Source: Phoronis australis (lineage: Eukaryota; Animalia; Phoronida). Taken from it: DNA of 64,000 nucleotides. Both the position numbers and the translations under genes were made by a program. The stretch covers positions 1,657,095 through 1,721,094 of the forward strand of contig NMRA01000013.1 in the NCBI GenBank assembly GCA_002633005.1, given 5' to 3'. Shown piece after piece: positions 40,806-53,672 of the stretch (position 1 is its first letter; every line of letters begins with the position of its first letter). The notes beneath the pieces were generated by a model. The model did no database searches and was not told the DNA's origin. It worked only from the letters and a program-made list of their open reading frames with translations.

Positions 40806-41971
40806 TTGTGATGTGCGTTTTTCTATAAATACACCAGCCTATTAGCATGCAGTACTTGAAGATTGCCATTTTACTGATCTTAACACGTCTTAACCACACA
40901 TAAAATTGATATTTTTAAACTTTTATAGAAAGTTTATTTAACTGTGCATAATTGGGCATGGGTGGCGTAGAATTGAAAAATGTGGGGCTAAAGCCCCCTC
41001 AGCCCCCCTGTGGAGCATCACCTATAGACTAAGTGCAGTGTAGCACTGAAAAAAGTGGGGGCTATAGCCCCCCTCCAGCCCCCAATGGTGCGGCGCCCAT
41101 GTTGGGGTACTGTGTCAATCAGATATGGGGCATAACGCCCATGCCAGGCCTCTTGCCCCTGCGTTTTGCCCCTGGCATGGGGCAAAAAGGCCAAATTTAA
41201 TTTTTTTAGTTTTTGACCTGATTTTTTTGCGGTTAAGAATACCGGGGTATGTTGACACACAATGTAGAGCCATCTAACCCAAATCAAATGCAGTCATTTC
41301 GAAGTATTTCTGAAATCTACATGTATGGAGGAAGAAAAACAGGTTTTTGCTTAATAGGGGCGTTTTGCCCCATGTTACTCTAANTTGTGATGTGCGTTTT
41401 TCTATAAATACACCAGCCTATTAGCATGCAGTACTTGAAGATTGCCATTTTACTGATCTTAACACGCCTTAACCACACATAAAATTGATATTTTTAAACT
41501 TTTATAGAAAGTTTATTTAACTGTGCATAATTGGGCATGGGTGGCGTAGAATTGAAAAATGTGGGGCTAAAGCCCCCTCAGCCCCCCTGTGGGGCATCAC
41601 CTATAGACTAAATGCAGTGTAGCACTGAAAAAAGTGGGGGCTATAGCCCCCCTCCAGCCCCCAATGGTGCGGCGCCCATGTTGGGGTACTGTGTCAATCA
41701 GATATGGGGCATAACGCCCATGCCAGGCCTCTTGCCCCCTGTGAAAAGGCGTTTTGCCCCTGGCATGGGGCAAAAAGGCCAAATTTAATTTTTTTAGTTT
41801 TTGACCTGATTTTTTTGCGGTTAAGAATACCGGGGTATGTTGACACACAATGTAGAGCCATCTAACCCAAATCAAATGCAGTCATTTCGAAGTATTTCTG
41901 AAATCTACATGTATGGAGGAAGAAAAACAGGTTTTTGCTTAATAGGGGCGTTTTGCCCCATGTTACTCTAA
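40806..41971. repeat. Near-identical ~580-bp direct duplication across an N (probable haplotype-overlap assembly artefact)
   Basis: 40806-41383 vs 41385-41971, separated by a single n at 41384; I see 3 substitutions and one net 9-bp indel. Confidence 0.85.
40957..41101. mobile_element. MITE with 5-bp TSD nested in the pogo 3' region
   Basis: TIRs catgggtggcg / cggcgcccatg; flanking ttggg at 40952-40956 and 41102-41106; second copy in the duplicated block. Confidence 0.75.
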
Positions 41972-42292
41972 CATACTGTCTGTCGCAGAAGAGGGAACGT
42001 GGTGTATACCCGGTACACTAGGGGAACAGGAAAACTGCCTTACATCCCACAGCAGAAATTTATGGCAACTTGCCGGCAGTCATAGCACAACGCCAGCGCT
42101 TGGATGGTCTCGTTAATTGCTTATGAGCTCATCCGTATCGAGCATGCATGATTTCACTCTAAATCATCTGTAAAAACTTCTTGGCACTAGCTGGCATTTC
42201 AAAGATCACTACTGTACTGCACCAAAACTGACAATGTACACCTTAAAGGCGCGCTTTTTGAGCTCGGAATTGACCAGAATCGGTATCTATAC

Positions 42293-42410
42293 CTGTTGGG
42301 CCGCAAAAATCGACCAACTGTGAAAAAGCCAACTCGTTTCCTGTTATTTGTGCCCGTCCGTCACGATGCACTTGCACAGCCAGGCGACCAGACTTCTCTT
42401 TTGCAGGCAT
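42293..42410 (-). CDS. Thioesterase-like protein A, probable exon 1 (39 codons +1 nt); not in ORF track
   Basis: ATG 42410, MPAKEKSGRLAVQVHRDGRAQITGNELAFSQLVDFCGPT, donor CAG|gtatag, phase 1 joins exon 2 as G-NLNIW; aligns with the paralog junction (ICDFASLT|QSVAPW). Model ~289 aa. Confidence 0.65.
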
Positions 42411-44109
42411 GAACGTTGTTGCGAAATCTTCAAATACTGAAAATAAAAAATCGTCATTTGATCACTTCCAATTTACCTTACGTTCAAACCGTTCAGTGGT
42501 TAATTTAGAGACGCACGACCTCACTATGAAAGTAATATCTCGCGAAATCTTGCGTGTCGGAACGCACGAATGGTTTCATAAACGCAAGACCACCCAAAAA
42601 TTTTTACGAGATATGGCCAAACCCGCCAGCCTCCTTCGCGGGATTCTTGCGTCTGCGAAACTAAATTTTAGCGCCCCCTTCGGGAGACGCAACAGATTTG
42701 CAAAAAACGCAGGACGGTCTTCGCGGAACTCAACCTTGAGCTGCCTTTCGCAGAAGCAAGACACTCACGAGAAAAGATCAGTGACGAATATCTTCGCGAG
42801 ATACAAATGAAGCATATGACCGTACTACCTTTTATTCCTATTGCCTTAAGAGTTTACGCGGGAACGATCGAAACCCAGCACGTCTTAAACGAGATATCGC
42901 CTTTAAGCAAATAGATCACAAGTGTCTGGCGTCCACACAACGCCGCGCCCCTGGAACGGTTCCACTTAGAGTAAGTTTCACGCCAAAACAGGCGTAATCT
43001 CGCAAGGTTACTCAAAATTATGCGAATGGCTCGCAAGTAAGTTCGGGCTACTCGCACACATTGGCAAAATTGCCGCCATTAAAGCGATTGCCGGTCAGTA
43101 AACACGTTCCATTCAAAGGTGATGTCTTGCCACAAGTGTCAGTGGCACCATTACAATGACAAACCTACCCGTGTATATTTTTAGGGAAAACACTTATAGC
43201 CCTTCAACAGGGATTGCCTAGACCGCACCTTTGCGCCATTAGCGCATAAATATAAAATATACACTTCTTATCATCAGGTGCGTCCAAAGGGCACAGGTTC
43301 AAACCTGGTCAGGGATGTCCCTGCTTCAATACCTTCTTAGTGTCCGAGCAGCAAACATAATGGAAAGTTTGAGCAACATTAATAGGAGTGTGCTGACGTA
43401 GGTCTCTCTGGGAGTACTGAACGCGACATCTGTCTAAAACTTATTTTTAGAATGAGGCCAGCACTCATTCCCGACGGAGTACCCAGATTTGAAGTCACTA
43501 ATGGGTTTGGAAAGGTTCGTTTGTGGTTTGAGACCAAGCCCGATGCATGAAAGGAACCGTCGGAACAAATCAACTTATTGGCCTTCCCCGACGGTAGTAA
43601 GAACTTGGGGCAAGTTTTGCAACGATAGGTGATAGAAATCAAAGTAAGTTGTTGGGCTGAGGGCGTCAGCATTACAAATAATGTGAACGGAACCGATGAC
43701 CAATGTAGCTTAAAACGATACCAAACCCGGTTTTGGCCAATTAACGGATACTCAAAACGACTTTCCCATCCAGTTCTCTGAAGCAACATTATAATGCTCT
43801 GTAAGACTCGACAACACTCGAAAGTTTGTAAGAAAATTTGAAAACACCTTTCAAGGTCTGCTTAATGCGCAAGCGTGATCTACGGCTACTGAGGGAAAAG
43901 GCCGCCCACCAAGGACCGTATTGTGAGATAGCTATAGCGTTGGCTTTTAGTTGATTTCTGCCTCAAGTTTATCTCAAGATTGACGCCAATGATGCATTAG
44001 AAGGTGACAGAACGAGGATTGGTTGGAATCATCAAAACAGGATTTAGTTATCATTTTTACCCTTTGCTATGCAAAAATGGGGGTACTCGTGATTGCTTTT
44101 CTTCACCTG

Positions 44110-44258
44110 GCCCCAGTTGCATAAAAGTTGTACACCACATAGCAACAATGACGTCACATGATCACGCGCCACGTTGTTATTGCTGAACAACGCATCTGAC
44201 GTCATGCAACAATCAAACTTATCCAGCGGATAACTTTGAAGTTTTATGCAACTCAGCC
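44110..44258. mobile_element. Harbinger/PIF-like MITE with CTG TSD, immediately 3' of the thioesterase B stop
   Basis: TIRs gccccagttgcataaaa / ttttatgcaactcagcc; ctg at 44107-44109 and 44259-44261. Confidence 0.7.
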
Positions 44259-44280
44259 CTGAAGTATAAAATCAAACATT

Positions 44281-45047
44281 TCAAAGAGCTAAAATCTTAC
44301 TGTTTATCGCAAGACAGTCGTCATAAAAATTCATAAAAGCCATGAAAACGTCTTGGCCACTTGACTTGTTGATAACCTTGAAGACATCTTCACCAGCACT
44401 GTTTTTCCAATGGTTCACCTCCAATTGATTACCATAGACACTATCTCCGAGGAAATACGACTTTATTGTTTTCAAAAATAGCGGCACTTTCTTGCTTGAA
44501 CTTTGAGATAACGCAGCGTCGTAACAAAATCTAACGTACGAAGAAAACGCCGCTAACCCGTTAGCGTCTAAATCATAAACTTTGACTTGATCGAAAAATT
44601 TGAAAACATTAAGCGGTTGTTCGTCATGACATTCCATTCCAAAGAGTATATACAAATCTGGGTTGTCTTCAAATACCGCTTCAGGACATAGATCAGTAAA
44701 CCACCGAGGTAACTCTGACCTTTTGCCACTTCCTTCACCCAGAAAAGAGTATCGCACCCATCGTCTGGTTAACAGCTCCGAATTACCGCCATCTGTCAGC
44801 GACTGGCACACCACAATATCATGGTTCAAAACCCCAACCCATATTTTGGCATCGAGCAGGTTTAAATCGATTATTTTGTCGTGAAAAGCGCGGTTTACTC
44901 TCACGGTACTGGAGATCTTTTTGAGGTGATGGCGTTTGTTTCCTTGGAGCAGTCTTGTGACACAAAACTCGGGAAAACTGGTCTGTTCCTGTAGTAACAA
45001 ATCGCACGTTTCGAACAGCTGCATCTGAACCCATGGCGCCACAGATT
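44281..45047 (-). CDS. Double-hotdog thioesterase-like protein B, exon 2
   Basis: Acceptor gtatttttcag|AA TCT; motifs QVKVYDLDANG..FSSYVRFCYDAA, KSYFLGDSVYGNQLEV, VFMAFMNFY colinear with paralog A. Confidence 0.78.
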
Positions 45048-45629
45048 CTGAAAAATACGACCGAGATGTCAACGGTAACTGAACGGCAACAGAACCAATA
45101 CATTTCGGTTCCTTTCATGTAGTATATCAGCTAAATTGGCTCCACCGAAAAAAGTTGGAACTAGCAAGTATATTTGGTCAACACCAGAATTGAAAAATGA
45201 GGGAAACATTTTTACAGCTGCCATCAGCTCAAGTATTTGTTGACACTTGACTGCATGTAGAAACTTGGGCAAATGCCTAAATTTTGTAAAAATCAAAACC
45301 TTACCTTTCATAGTTATTGCAATGCACAATAAATCAGGCGATAATACTTACTAGTACGTTTGTATTCATCGACAATTCTGTGTTTTCGAAAATCACTCCA
45401 GATCAGGTGGTATCATATTTTAATTCATGGGCCTACTGCTTTGAGAACCAGAAGAAACTAATTTGCATACAACACGGAGTCAAGGAGCATACATAAGGTC
45501 ATTTTGGATACATAAGTGGCGCTCTTTAAGACGTAGTTTGACACTAAAACAACTGCTTTTCAACACAAAAATAGCCCTTAATGAACCCATTGCAGGTACT
45601 GTCCGCGAGTCAATTCTTAATACAGGGTA

Positions 45630-45756
45630 GAGTTCAGTAACGCTAGGACCTCGTTAAAATCTAGCCAAAATCACTTGTTTTCATTTAAAATACACAATAT
45701 CTCACGTAATCTCGTGAGGTCTTACTTTTTAGCGAGGTTCCAGCGTTACCGAACTC
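45630..45756. mobile_element. Short MITE with ~30-bp TIRs
   Basis: gagttcagtaacgctaggacctcgttaaaa vs ttttagcgaggttccagcgttaccgaactc (inverted). Confidence 0.7.
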
Positions 45757-47718
45757 AGGGCAGTCTTGTGCGGTTGTGTAATCGATGATGACGTTAGTGA
45801 GACAGGCATATACGTTATACTCAGGCACACAAGACTACAGTAGGAACCAACATGCTCACTAGGTGGTGGGTATCACCAGATGTGATTGTAAGAACGTTGT
45901 TTCATTTCATAATGGTGCTTAGTGTTGTCAATGCACCCTTGAATCTGAAACAGTCAATAATGGGCACAACTGTCTGAAATTGAACTGTGACGAACCCAGT
46001 CATTTTTGTCTGAGAGTCAATTGAGAATAACAAACAGTAAATTTGAATAGGCTGAAAGTGTGCTATTTGGGAATACTGACAGGGGTGCTGGTATACTGTT
46101 ATTTATTCAGCTTTACTGATATATGCAGTCCTCATTATTCATTTAGCTAAATAAGCTACTGGTTGGGGCCCCTTGCGCAAACTATGGTCCACATCTCGTC
46201 TTCGCGGGGATGATTCAAATTTTGTAACATCCGGGGAATTCACCGACTTAAATAAGAGAAAGATTAGGTCCTCGTATGAAACAGGGGCCCCTGTTTCATC
46301 GCACACATGCCTCTCAAAATTGGTGGCGACCGGGGAGGGAGAGGGGCAGTAACATAATTGTGAGGACTCAATTTAAATTACTAGCGTCCCAGGGGTCTGT
46401 TTCATGAAAACTGACTTGAGACAAGAGATTAGGTGTAGCACTCCATATAAATATTTGAGGAAAATATTTTAGCAAACGAATACATTATCACAAAATATAG
46501 TCATAATAGTTAATTACTTATTGAGAGAATTTATACAAATTATTTCCAGGCTATTAAGTGCTAATGACTGCAGGACTAAACCATTACTTGGCAATTGTGA
46601 AGTGGAAACATCATTACGGCCCTGACTGTACGCCTCTGACATGAATATTCATTAAAGACTGTCTATGGATTATTGGCAGATTTATAACAAGGTCTGGTTT
46701 AAGGAAAACTAAACAAAACACAACATAATCTGACAGTATTGTTTAGTGTTTGTCTGAAACTTAGTATAAATAACAGAAGAGCCATGACAATGGATTTTAG
46801 ACAGTACATTATACAGTGCATATTCAACTGTTGAAGTACACTAGGCAATGACAGATGTTTCTTCTCTTATATATGGCAATGAAGAAAATATTTTTTGATT
46901 CAGGACTTTTGATTTCTTTGTCACAAATGAGGAATTGGCTGTAATGTCTACTGTAATGATGTGGTGACCTTCCACAAAGGTAGCGACTACAACAGGTGGC
47001 TATCCCAACATATTTTCGCAATTAAGGGTTATATCACAAATCATAAGGTTTTATCTAATTTGCTTGGAGTGGTGGTTTTCAATATTTCTGTCATCATTGT
47101 TGTGGAATCATATTAAGAAAGCAATCTTGAAATGGTGAATCTTCAATTGCTTTATTTATCATATCAACAATCAGTATTTGAAACAAATGAACAGAAAATA
47201 TCTGTAAACAAACGATAAACAATCTCCAGTAAACAAATAAACAGAGACAGTCAGAGTAAACAATTACAGCTACCTGCATAAAACTCAACCAGAATCATCT
47301 CCAGTGCTACTCCAATGTAACACCTACGCATACTTTATGTGCATTTGGCCTTTCGTGAAAAGACCAAGCACGAAGAGGCAGAGCAAATTTTGAACGCCTT
47401 TGCACATCAAACTTTTAAAATGAGAAGGATGTGCATGTCCAAATTACGGTGAAATTTGTCTTTCGCAATCAATGCTGTAATCTAGCGACATCTAGTCAAA
47501 AAGCTTCAACACAATTAGACCCAATCTTAAAGAAATAATCTCAGGTTGAAAGCGCTCAGTTTACAAAGTCCAGTTCTAGTGATCGATTTTAGTGCAATGC
47601 TGAAGCGCTTGTGTGGTTTCTAATGATACTAAAAAACAAAATTTATGCCCAATATCATTTCCTAGTATCATACTAAAATAGGGGGGGGGAGTTAAATGTA
47701 CTGTAATAGAATTATTAA

Positions 47719-50700
47719 AGCTGCTACAAGCCCACATTCCATCAATAATAAGCTAACTATTGATTTACACCACTTTCCGCAACAAACCTGCTTTCAGTAA
47801 GTTTCTTAACTCAGGTGAAGAGGGGTTTCTTTACTTGGAAAGAATTGACCTAGAAAAAATGACACGCTGTTTCAAGCCAACTTGATAAGGTGAGGCCCAA
47901 GCTATAATGAACTCTTTAGTTCTACCTAATTCCAGGAATCATCTCTACTTTGAGTAAGGAACAGGCCAAGTCAAAAGTGGTCAAAACCAAAACTTGGTTT
48001 ATTTCAGGAAAGGCAGGTTGATAACAGCTTTGACAGCAATGACGTAATCACATTAATGAACATAATGGATTGTTAGTGCCAAAGTTTAACCTCCACCACA
48101 TCAAATCAACCCACTGTAGTAATTCTCAACATAACATAAATGTATTGAAGTCATGGACACATTTATTTTAATTACGTAGTCAATTCACACCACCACGTGG
48201 ATCAACAAAAGCAGATGATGCTGATTTATAGACTGGAGTTACATGAACACTTCAATTACAAAGCAGGTACTGTATCACTGTTTTTTGGAGTCGGATGTGA
48301 AATGTCAGACTTACATACTGTACAGTCAATGAATAAGATGAAAAATATTGCCGCGTCCTGTTGTATTGATGACTCAGTCTATATGCTCATCAATTTATTG
48401 AGCAAAAGTAACTTTAAAGATAACGTTAAGTGTTCACTGCAGTAGTGATAGCTCTCTTGACAGAATAGTCTACATTTGTTGCCGTTCATTGCAAGACCAT
48501 TGACATCAAGGCAATGAACTGGGTGGCCCCTGGAAGTCATGTGTCAAGTTTGTGCATGCCTTGTTCTTCTCTCAAGCATCTCCTAATGATGGACACCCGT
48601 GACAGTAGAGTATAGACCCTCCTTAGTCTTTGCATATTTCTCGGATTTCTCATTGAAATACCTGTATAGCCTGTACGTGTAAAAGATTGTGAAAAGTTAG
48701 AGTATAACTGAGTAATGAAACACAAGCAAAGATACAGTGCAAAGACAACCATCACTGGGTACAAGTAATAATGGGGGGAACAATCCAGGGTGTGACATAA
48801 AATTAGTTGAGATAACCCTACACATGCGTACAAGGATCAACACGTGTGAGAGGTTAGAATGATGATGCAATACCTAATGCACATATTGCCATTTGACTCT
48901 TGGTATAAATTTTCATCGCATCATAACTTTTGATGGCCATTGCAAAATACTATTGTTTACATGGACCCTAGAGCTCTACGACTGGGAACTGAACCCATTT
49001 AACTTAGTTCAGGTTATGTCCCAAATGCTACCCAGCAGCCGTTGCATAAATATAATAAACCCACGACATCACCGGTTCATCAACCTCAAACAAGGTTCGT
49101 ACTATCACCTCTATCAGTAAGCGATACGAAACAAACATTCAAAGACGACAGACTTGCATTGTTCGCAGAAACATTACAGTGGCTATAAAACCCTGTTCTA
49201 TCCATGCAACTTAACTTCCAATTTAGACCACTTACTAGTATAAAAGTGGACTCAGCTTTCTCCATGTTCAGATGAGGATTAATATTTGGTCTTGCAAAGA
49301 CTTTGCAGTTCATCATGGTTCAGACCATGTTAGGTGAATGAAATGACATGCAGGGACAAGTCAACCCATAGAGACTGTACCAAGTAGGAAGCAAATTGCT
49401 AGAAATTTTCAAGCCCAGAATTCACATTCTATTTTATCAAGGAACAATGCGAGATCAATTTCATACTAATGATACGTGGTCTAAATGAAAAGTTGGTTTT
49501 CATGACAGAAGGCACGTTTATATCTACTTCAAATTCCAATAGAGCATAGAGTCTTTACCAGAGCAGACACCAACCTTTGATGCAGATTGTGAGGATGCAG
49601 GTGACCAAGAAGATAAAGACAAGGGGGGAGCGACAGCTCTGAATCCCTGCAAGATGACAATAGTGACATTTGTAAGAAGACATTCAGTTTAAATTTCATT
49701 CTGAAGCCTCTGTACTGAAAACTCAGACTTCTATATATGAATCTGAAACAGTGGCATTGAATCGGCAATTGGAATCAAGCCTAGGCGAATTTAGGGGAGA
49801 TGAGGGGGCTTAGGCCCCATTTTGGACTTGGAAAAGGTAACTAGGCGAAATAGTGGCTTGCAATTATGCTGATGTAAATCATGGGTTTCATGTGCACACA
49901 CAATAGTCCATTCGAAATTGACATGCAAGTGCAGTGAAAGGAATTCTTTGTGAAGCCTGCTCTTAGTCATACAACTATTCCAGTTGGCCTATGTAACTTG
50001 TAAACACCTCCTAACAAAGGGTTTGTGGTCTTGGATGAGAAAATAATTGTTTTATTATGCCTATGAGTTTTGAACAGCCAAGCCTGGAATGAGGAATTAT
50101 GGGCAAGATAATATCCTGTGTCAGGGTAATCAAAAATAAGGTCTTTGGAAATCGTGATTGCTCTCCACACCAACATGGTACACAGAATTTCAACCAGCAA
50201 TTGGAGTTAGTTTGCAGTTGTACTTCAGTTGTAAGCCATTTGAAAATGTTCACATGCAAATTAGCTACTTTACAACTGTTCTTTGTTCAACTGGACATCC
50301 TTCAAAGCACTGATAAGTAATAGTAAAAATATCACACTTTGATCACTGCAGTAGGGTTTACACAAACATAGTATAAATAACTCAAGCTAAATACACTGAT
50401 ATTATGCCAATTCAAGAATGTGACCTTGGAGTTGAATGAAACAGAAGAATGATGGTCACAATTTAACAACAGAATCAATACAAAACTCCACTGATACTCA
50501 TTTCAAAAGACCTCTCACAATAAACTAGGTTTTCAAAGATGGCAATAGATATGATGGAAGGAATCACAACTTCAACACTACCTCGCGGTTCCTTCAGGAG
50601 ATCTACTCAGATCAGGCTGTGGCTCGTCTGATGGTAAAACATTCGCTGTGTCCTCCAAAGCACTGACAAGAAAGATATGTACAAAGTGAAACAATAATAC

Positions 50701-52698
50701 TAAAAGTAAATACAAATTGAATATGCTTTAAACAAGGCAAGTTTAAATACACAGTGATACCTTTGTCTGGTTAGGATTGTGAGTTGTGAGTTGAATAAAA
50801 TGTTAAATGTCACTCCCTGAGATATTAAAGAAATTAAATGGAACAATACCTCAAGGTTTCTTCAGGCGATCTGCTTCTATGGCCAGGCTGGGTGCGTCCA
50901 AAGAAGTTTGTATAGGGGGTTTGTATACACCACTCATTCTAAAACTACAGAAGACAAAGAAAGGTTTAAACACTACTATTTGACTCATTTTACCGGGAAC
51001 AATCACAAGATTTAAGAAGTACTTCAAGTCAATTTGCCATGCCTTTATGTTTAAAACAACTTTGATTTACCAGTACCAGGATTTTTTGTAGATATGTCCA
51101 CGGTCGATTATTTGTAAATTATGCTGAATAAACGCCTATGGGCTTATCTACAGAAAATCCAGATACTAGGTAAAATTTATAGCTGAGACAAGATCATTCC
51201 AACCTAACAGCAACATAACAGACTTATAATGTAATATTAATATTGACGAAAATTCAGGCTTATATTAGGGCCCATAGCCTAACCTCTGTATTCGATTCAC
51301 AACTTGAAAATTGAGCAATTACATGACATGAGCAAACTTTCAAATTTGTACTCGAATAAAGCAACTTGACCGGCTAATTTTCAGAGGTTGTGCAAGTCCT
51401 TGTCATGTGCTTGGACCATGCAGGCTGCAAGTAATCATGTTCTACAAACCTGCACAGTCTAACATGGAAATACAGAGAAAAGATGGCTATCAATCAAATA
51501 AGCTTCAGTTTGCCACACGTATTCTTTTTTTAAACTTACTGGAGTTACTAGTAAGAGAGATCAACTTACGGTTGCATGGGCATGCATAGATGCTCAGTAT
51601 TCTCATCAATGGAAAATAAAGCAAAACTAATTAGATATTCTCAAGTATAGCCATGTTGACCAAGACTCCCACACACAGTTCTCACTAGGACCAACGGGGG
51701 AATAAGCTTCCTAATAAAATTGTCGGCATGGCCAGGTAAGGGAGAATGGCGATCTCATGCTCTCAACACTCAGAAAGTCGTGCTTACAACAACTTAAAAA
51801 AATTAGACAGTTTGAAGCGCGAGCATATCATAGGATCACACAAAAATGGTACTTATTGTCCAAAATGAAAAAATAATTGCGCCACGCGGTATTTACACGC
51901 GTCAGAGGCAAAATCAGACACGTCGTGGTAAACTTCTCCTATCCGAGCCCCACTCCAACGGCAATTTTTTACACCGATTACTATACTGTTTTACTTATTG
52001 AAATTAATCTACCACTTGAAAGCGTAAATCGTGAACCTGGACCAGCGTGACTAGCCTCAAAGCATAACTGGGAGTAACCCTCTGGTAACAAATTGCAGGA
52101 CAAAAACTGAGCAGTTGATTGAATTGTCCCTCTTCAAAATGACTCAGGTCTGATGTATGCCCACTAAAATCAGTTACCCAGAGAATGTTCTAAGCATATG
52201 TAGCCTACGCGTCATTGAACATTTTACAAACAGCTCACAAAATGGAGATTATAACTGGAAGAGATTGCAACTTACTTGTCCACCAAAGCCATGCAAAGTT
52301 TTCAAGAGTTCAAACAGTCAATCTTGTACTCGGTGTTTCCCATCTTTCGGAGGAGTCATCTATGTGAACGGTTTGTTGGTAGGACTAATGCCGCTTTTTG
52401 TAGCCACGGAATTCAACGCTTTAGTTCTTCAGAATCTCGCAGAGTGGCAGGACGACCGCGTTTCATACACTTGCACTGAGTTTCTGCCATATTGGGTGAT
52501 CTTGGATCCCTTGTAGCTGAGCAGATTTAATTAACTATCCTTCTAAATTGCTCTAAAAAATTCATGTTCCTGTAGTATTGAAAGCACTTTGTTACACATG
52601 CTGAAAGTTAATAACTTCCTGACCTTTATATCATACAAAATAACTGCCTAAAATGGCCTTAAGAGCTTTTTTTTGGCTGCAACTCGGCTCACAGGCCT
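47719..52698 (-). mobile_element. Probable decayed, internally deleted Kolobok-type DNA transposon with a multi-exon gene relic, inside the intron of thioesterase B
   Basis: TTAA|AG... and ...CCT|TTAA candidate ends; exon relics 52276-52516 (KRGRP...VHIDDSSERWE...FAWL.VD|gtaagt), 50850-50938, 50582-50662, ~48884-49110 (GSM*TIVFCNGHQKL*) and ~48400-48661 (RYFNEKSEKY...RRCLREEQGM). No DDE core seen; TIR similarity is weak. Confidence 0.5.
51066..51175. mobile_element. Palindromic mini-MITE (~110-nt hairpin)
   Basis: ggattttttgtagata / tatctacagaaaatcc inverted arms; related 'aataaacgcc...gggcttat...gaaaatcc' sequence at ~7415-7500. Confidence 0.6.
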
Positions 52699-53253
52699 TT
52701 AAACAAAACTGCACGTTGAATAAACACATTTGAACACGAGGAAGGTACTCGTAAGTGTAAGTTGAATGCCAATTCCAGTCTCTGTGAGTGCTTGCAGTGG
52801 TCAAATTACTAGTGAGTAGTGGGGCCGGGATGGCGATGATGTGAATGAGCTAGTTTGGAAATTGCCAAATGTTGTCAAGAATGGGCTTTGTGTCGAAAAT
52901 GACTCACCGTAAATCACTCAACCCTGTCCAGTAAGAGTAAGCATGTGACGTGGTGTTGGGGAATAACGTGTGACACCCGGCCCCCCAAGGTAGAGTCGTA
53001 CGTCATTAGTGCAACGGTCACCTATTTGCAGAATTTTTTGTTTTCACAACTTGTCAGTATATGCACTTTGTTAAGTGGAGATGACGTTCAAAAACCATTG
53101 TCTTTTAGTTCCTGCTACACGTTAGGCGCAGGATGTGAAATGTAGGCCTATCCGCCGGGCACTATCCGGCTGTCCGAAACTTTGCTCACTAGACAAAACT
53201 TCCTCAGCCTTGTCAACTCGTCTACACGAAAGGTACACATATAACCTACTTAC

Positions 53254-53470
53254 GTGTGAGAGAAGCAAAGTCGCATATTCTAGGAGCGACTAAAGATATC
53301 GTTAACGAAGTAGGGTTGCCATTCACCACTTTACCAATTCGCAAGTCGACCTGCTCCGAGATCCATCTCTTCCCGATCACGGGCCGTTTTCTGCTCAGAG
53401 CTTCGAAACTCATTTTCCACTCGCTGAAAACCCCACACCTCTTTAATAACGCCGAGCAGACAGCAAACAT
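53254..53470 (-). CDS. Thioesterase-like protein B, probable exon 1 with mitochondrial-presequence-like N-terminus
   Basis: MFAVCSALLKRCGVFSEWK...ICDFASLT, consensus donor C|gtaagt, phase 1 joins exon 2 (C+AA = Q); DF motif and intron position match paralog A. Model ~327 aa, 8.2-kb intron. Confidence 0.68.
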
Positions 53471-53672
53471 GTTAAAGTAAAATCAAGATCATCGTTTCGT
53501 TCGTGTCCAGAGACGAGCAATTTTGCAACGCTGAGCCTACGGCTTCCAAGTTCAATGCTGATACCGCTCAGCACTGCTGTAACCTACGTGAACTTGGAAT
53601 CGTGCTTAATCTCAAGATTAAGAGGAAGATAGTGTTGCGTGAATTTGGAATTCCAAGATCACTCTGCCAAAC

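Larger units (their letters stand above)
38285..41968 (+). mobile_element. Decayed pogo/Tigger-like (Tc1-mariner superfamily) DNA transposon in the intron of thioesterase A
   Basis: Right end ...ggcgttttgccccatgttactc|TA; degenerate left end with ggggcaaaaggcc subterminal repeats; internal transposase pseudogene. Confidence 0.8.

Noticed and set aside
40806-41971. Biological tandem duplication or LTR pair; duplicated 89/92-aa ORFs
   Set aside because: Copies abut a single N and differ like two alleles, typical of a contig overlap; the ORFs lie in transposon terminal sequence.
33731-42906. Giant Kolobok element bounded by ttaaaggcga...tcgcctttaa capturing thioesterase A
   Set aside because: Only ~6 bp match beyond TTAA; compatible with chance, though 33731 may be a solo Kolobok-type end.
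43270-43325. tRNA gene (B-box-like ggttcaaacc)
   Set aside because: No A box or cloverleaf; at most a SINE fragment.
43379-43789. 136-aa ORF, or a Gag-like relic on the opposite strand
   Set aside because: No recognisable domain; the gag resemblance (ERFVCGLRP) is too short to support.
48470-48530. H/ACA snoRNA-like hairpin followed by ACA (- strand); similar one at ~51720-51765
   Set aside because: Single hairpins with no clear H box, partner hairpin or identifiable pseudouridylation pocket; the first lies in the transposon exon relic.
49250-49360. C/D box snoRNA (ATGATGA...CTGA on - strand)
   Set aside because: No convincing terminal stem and no rRNA/snRNA antisense element that I can recognise.
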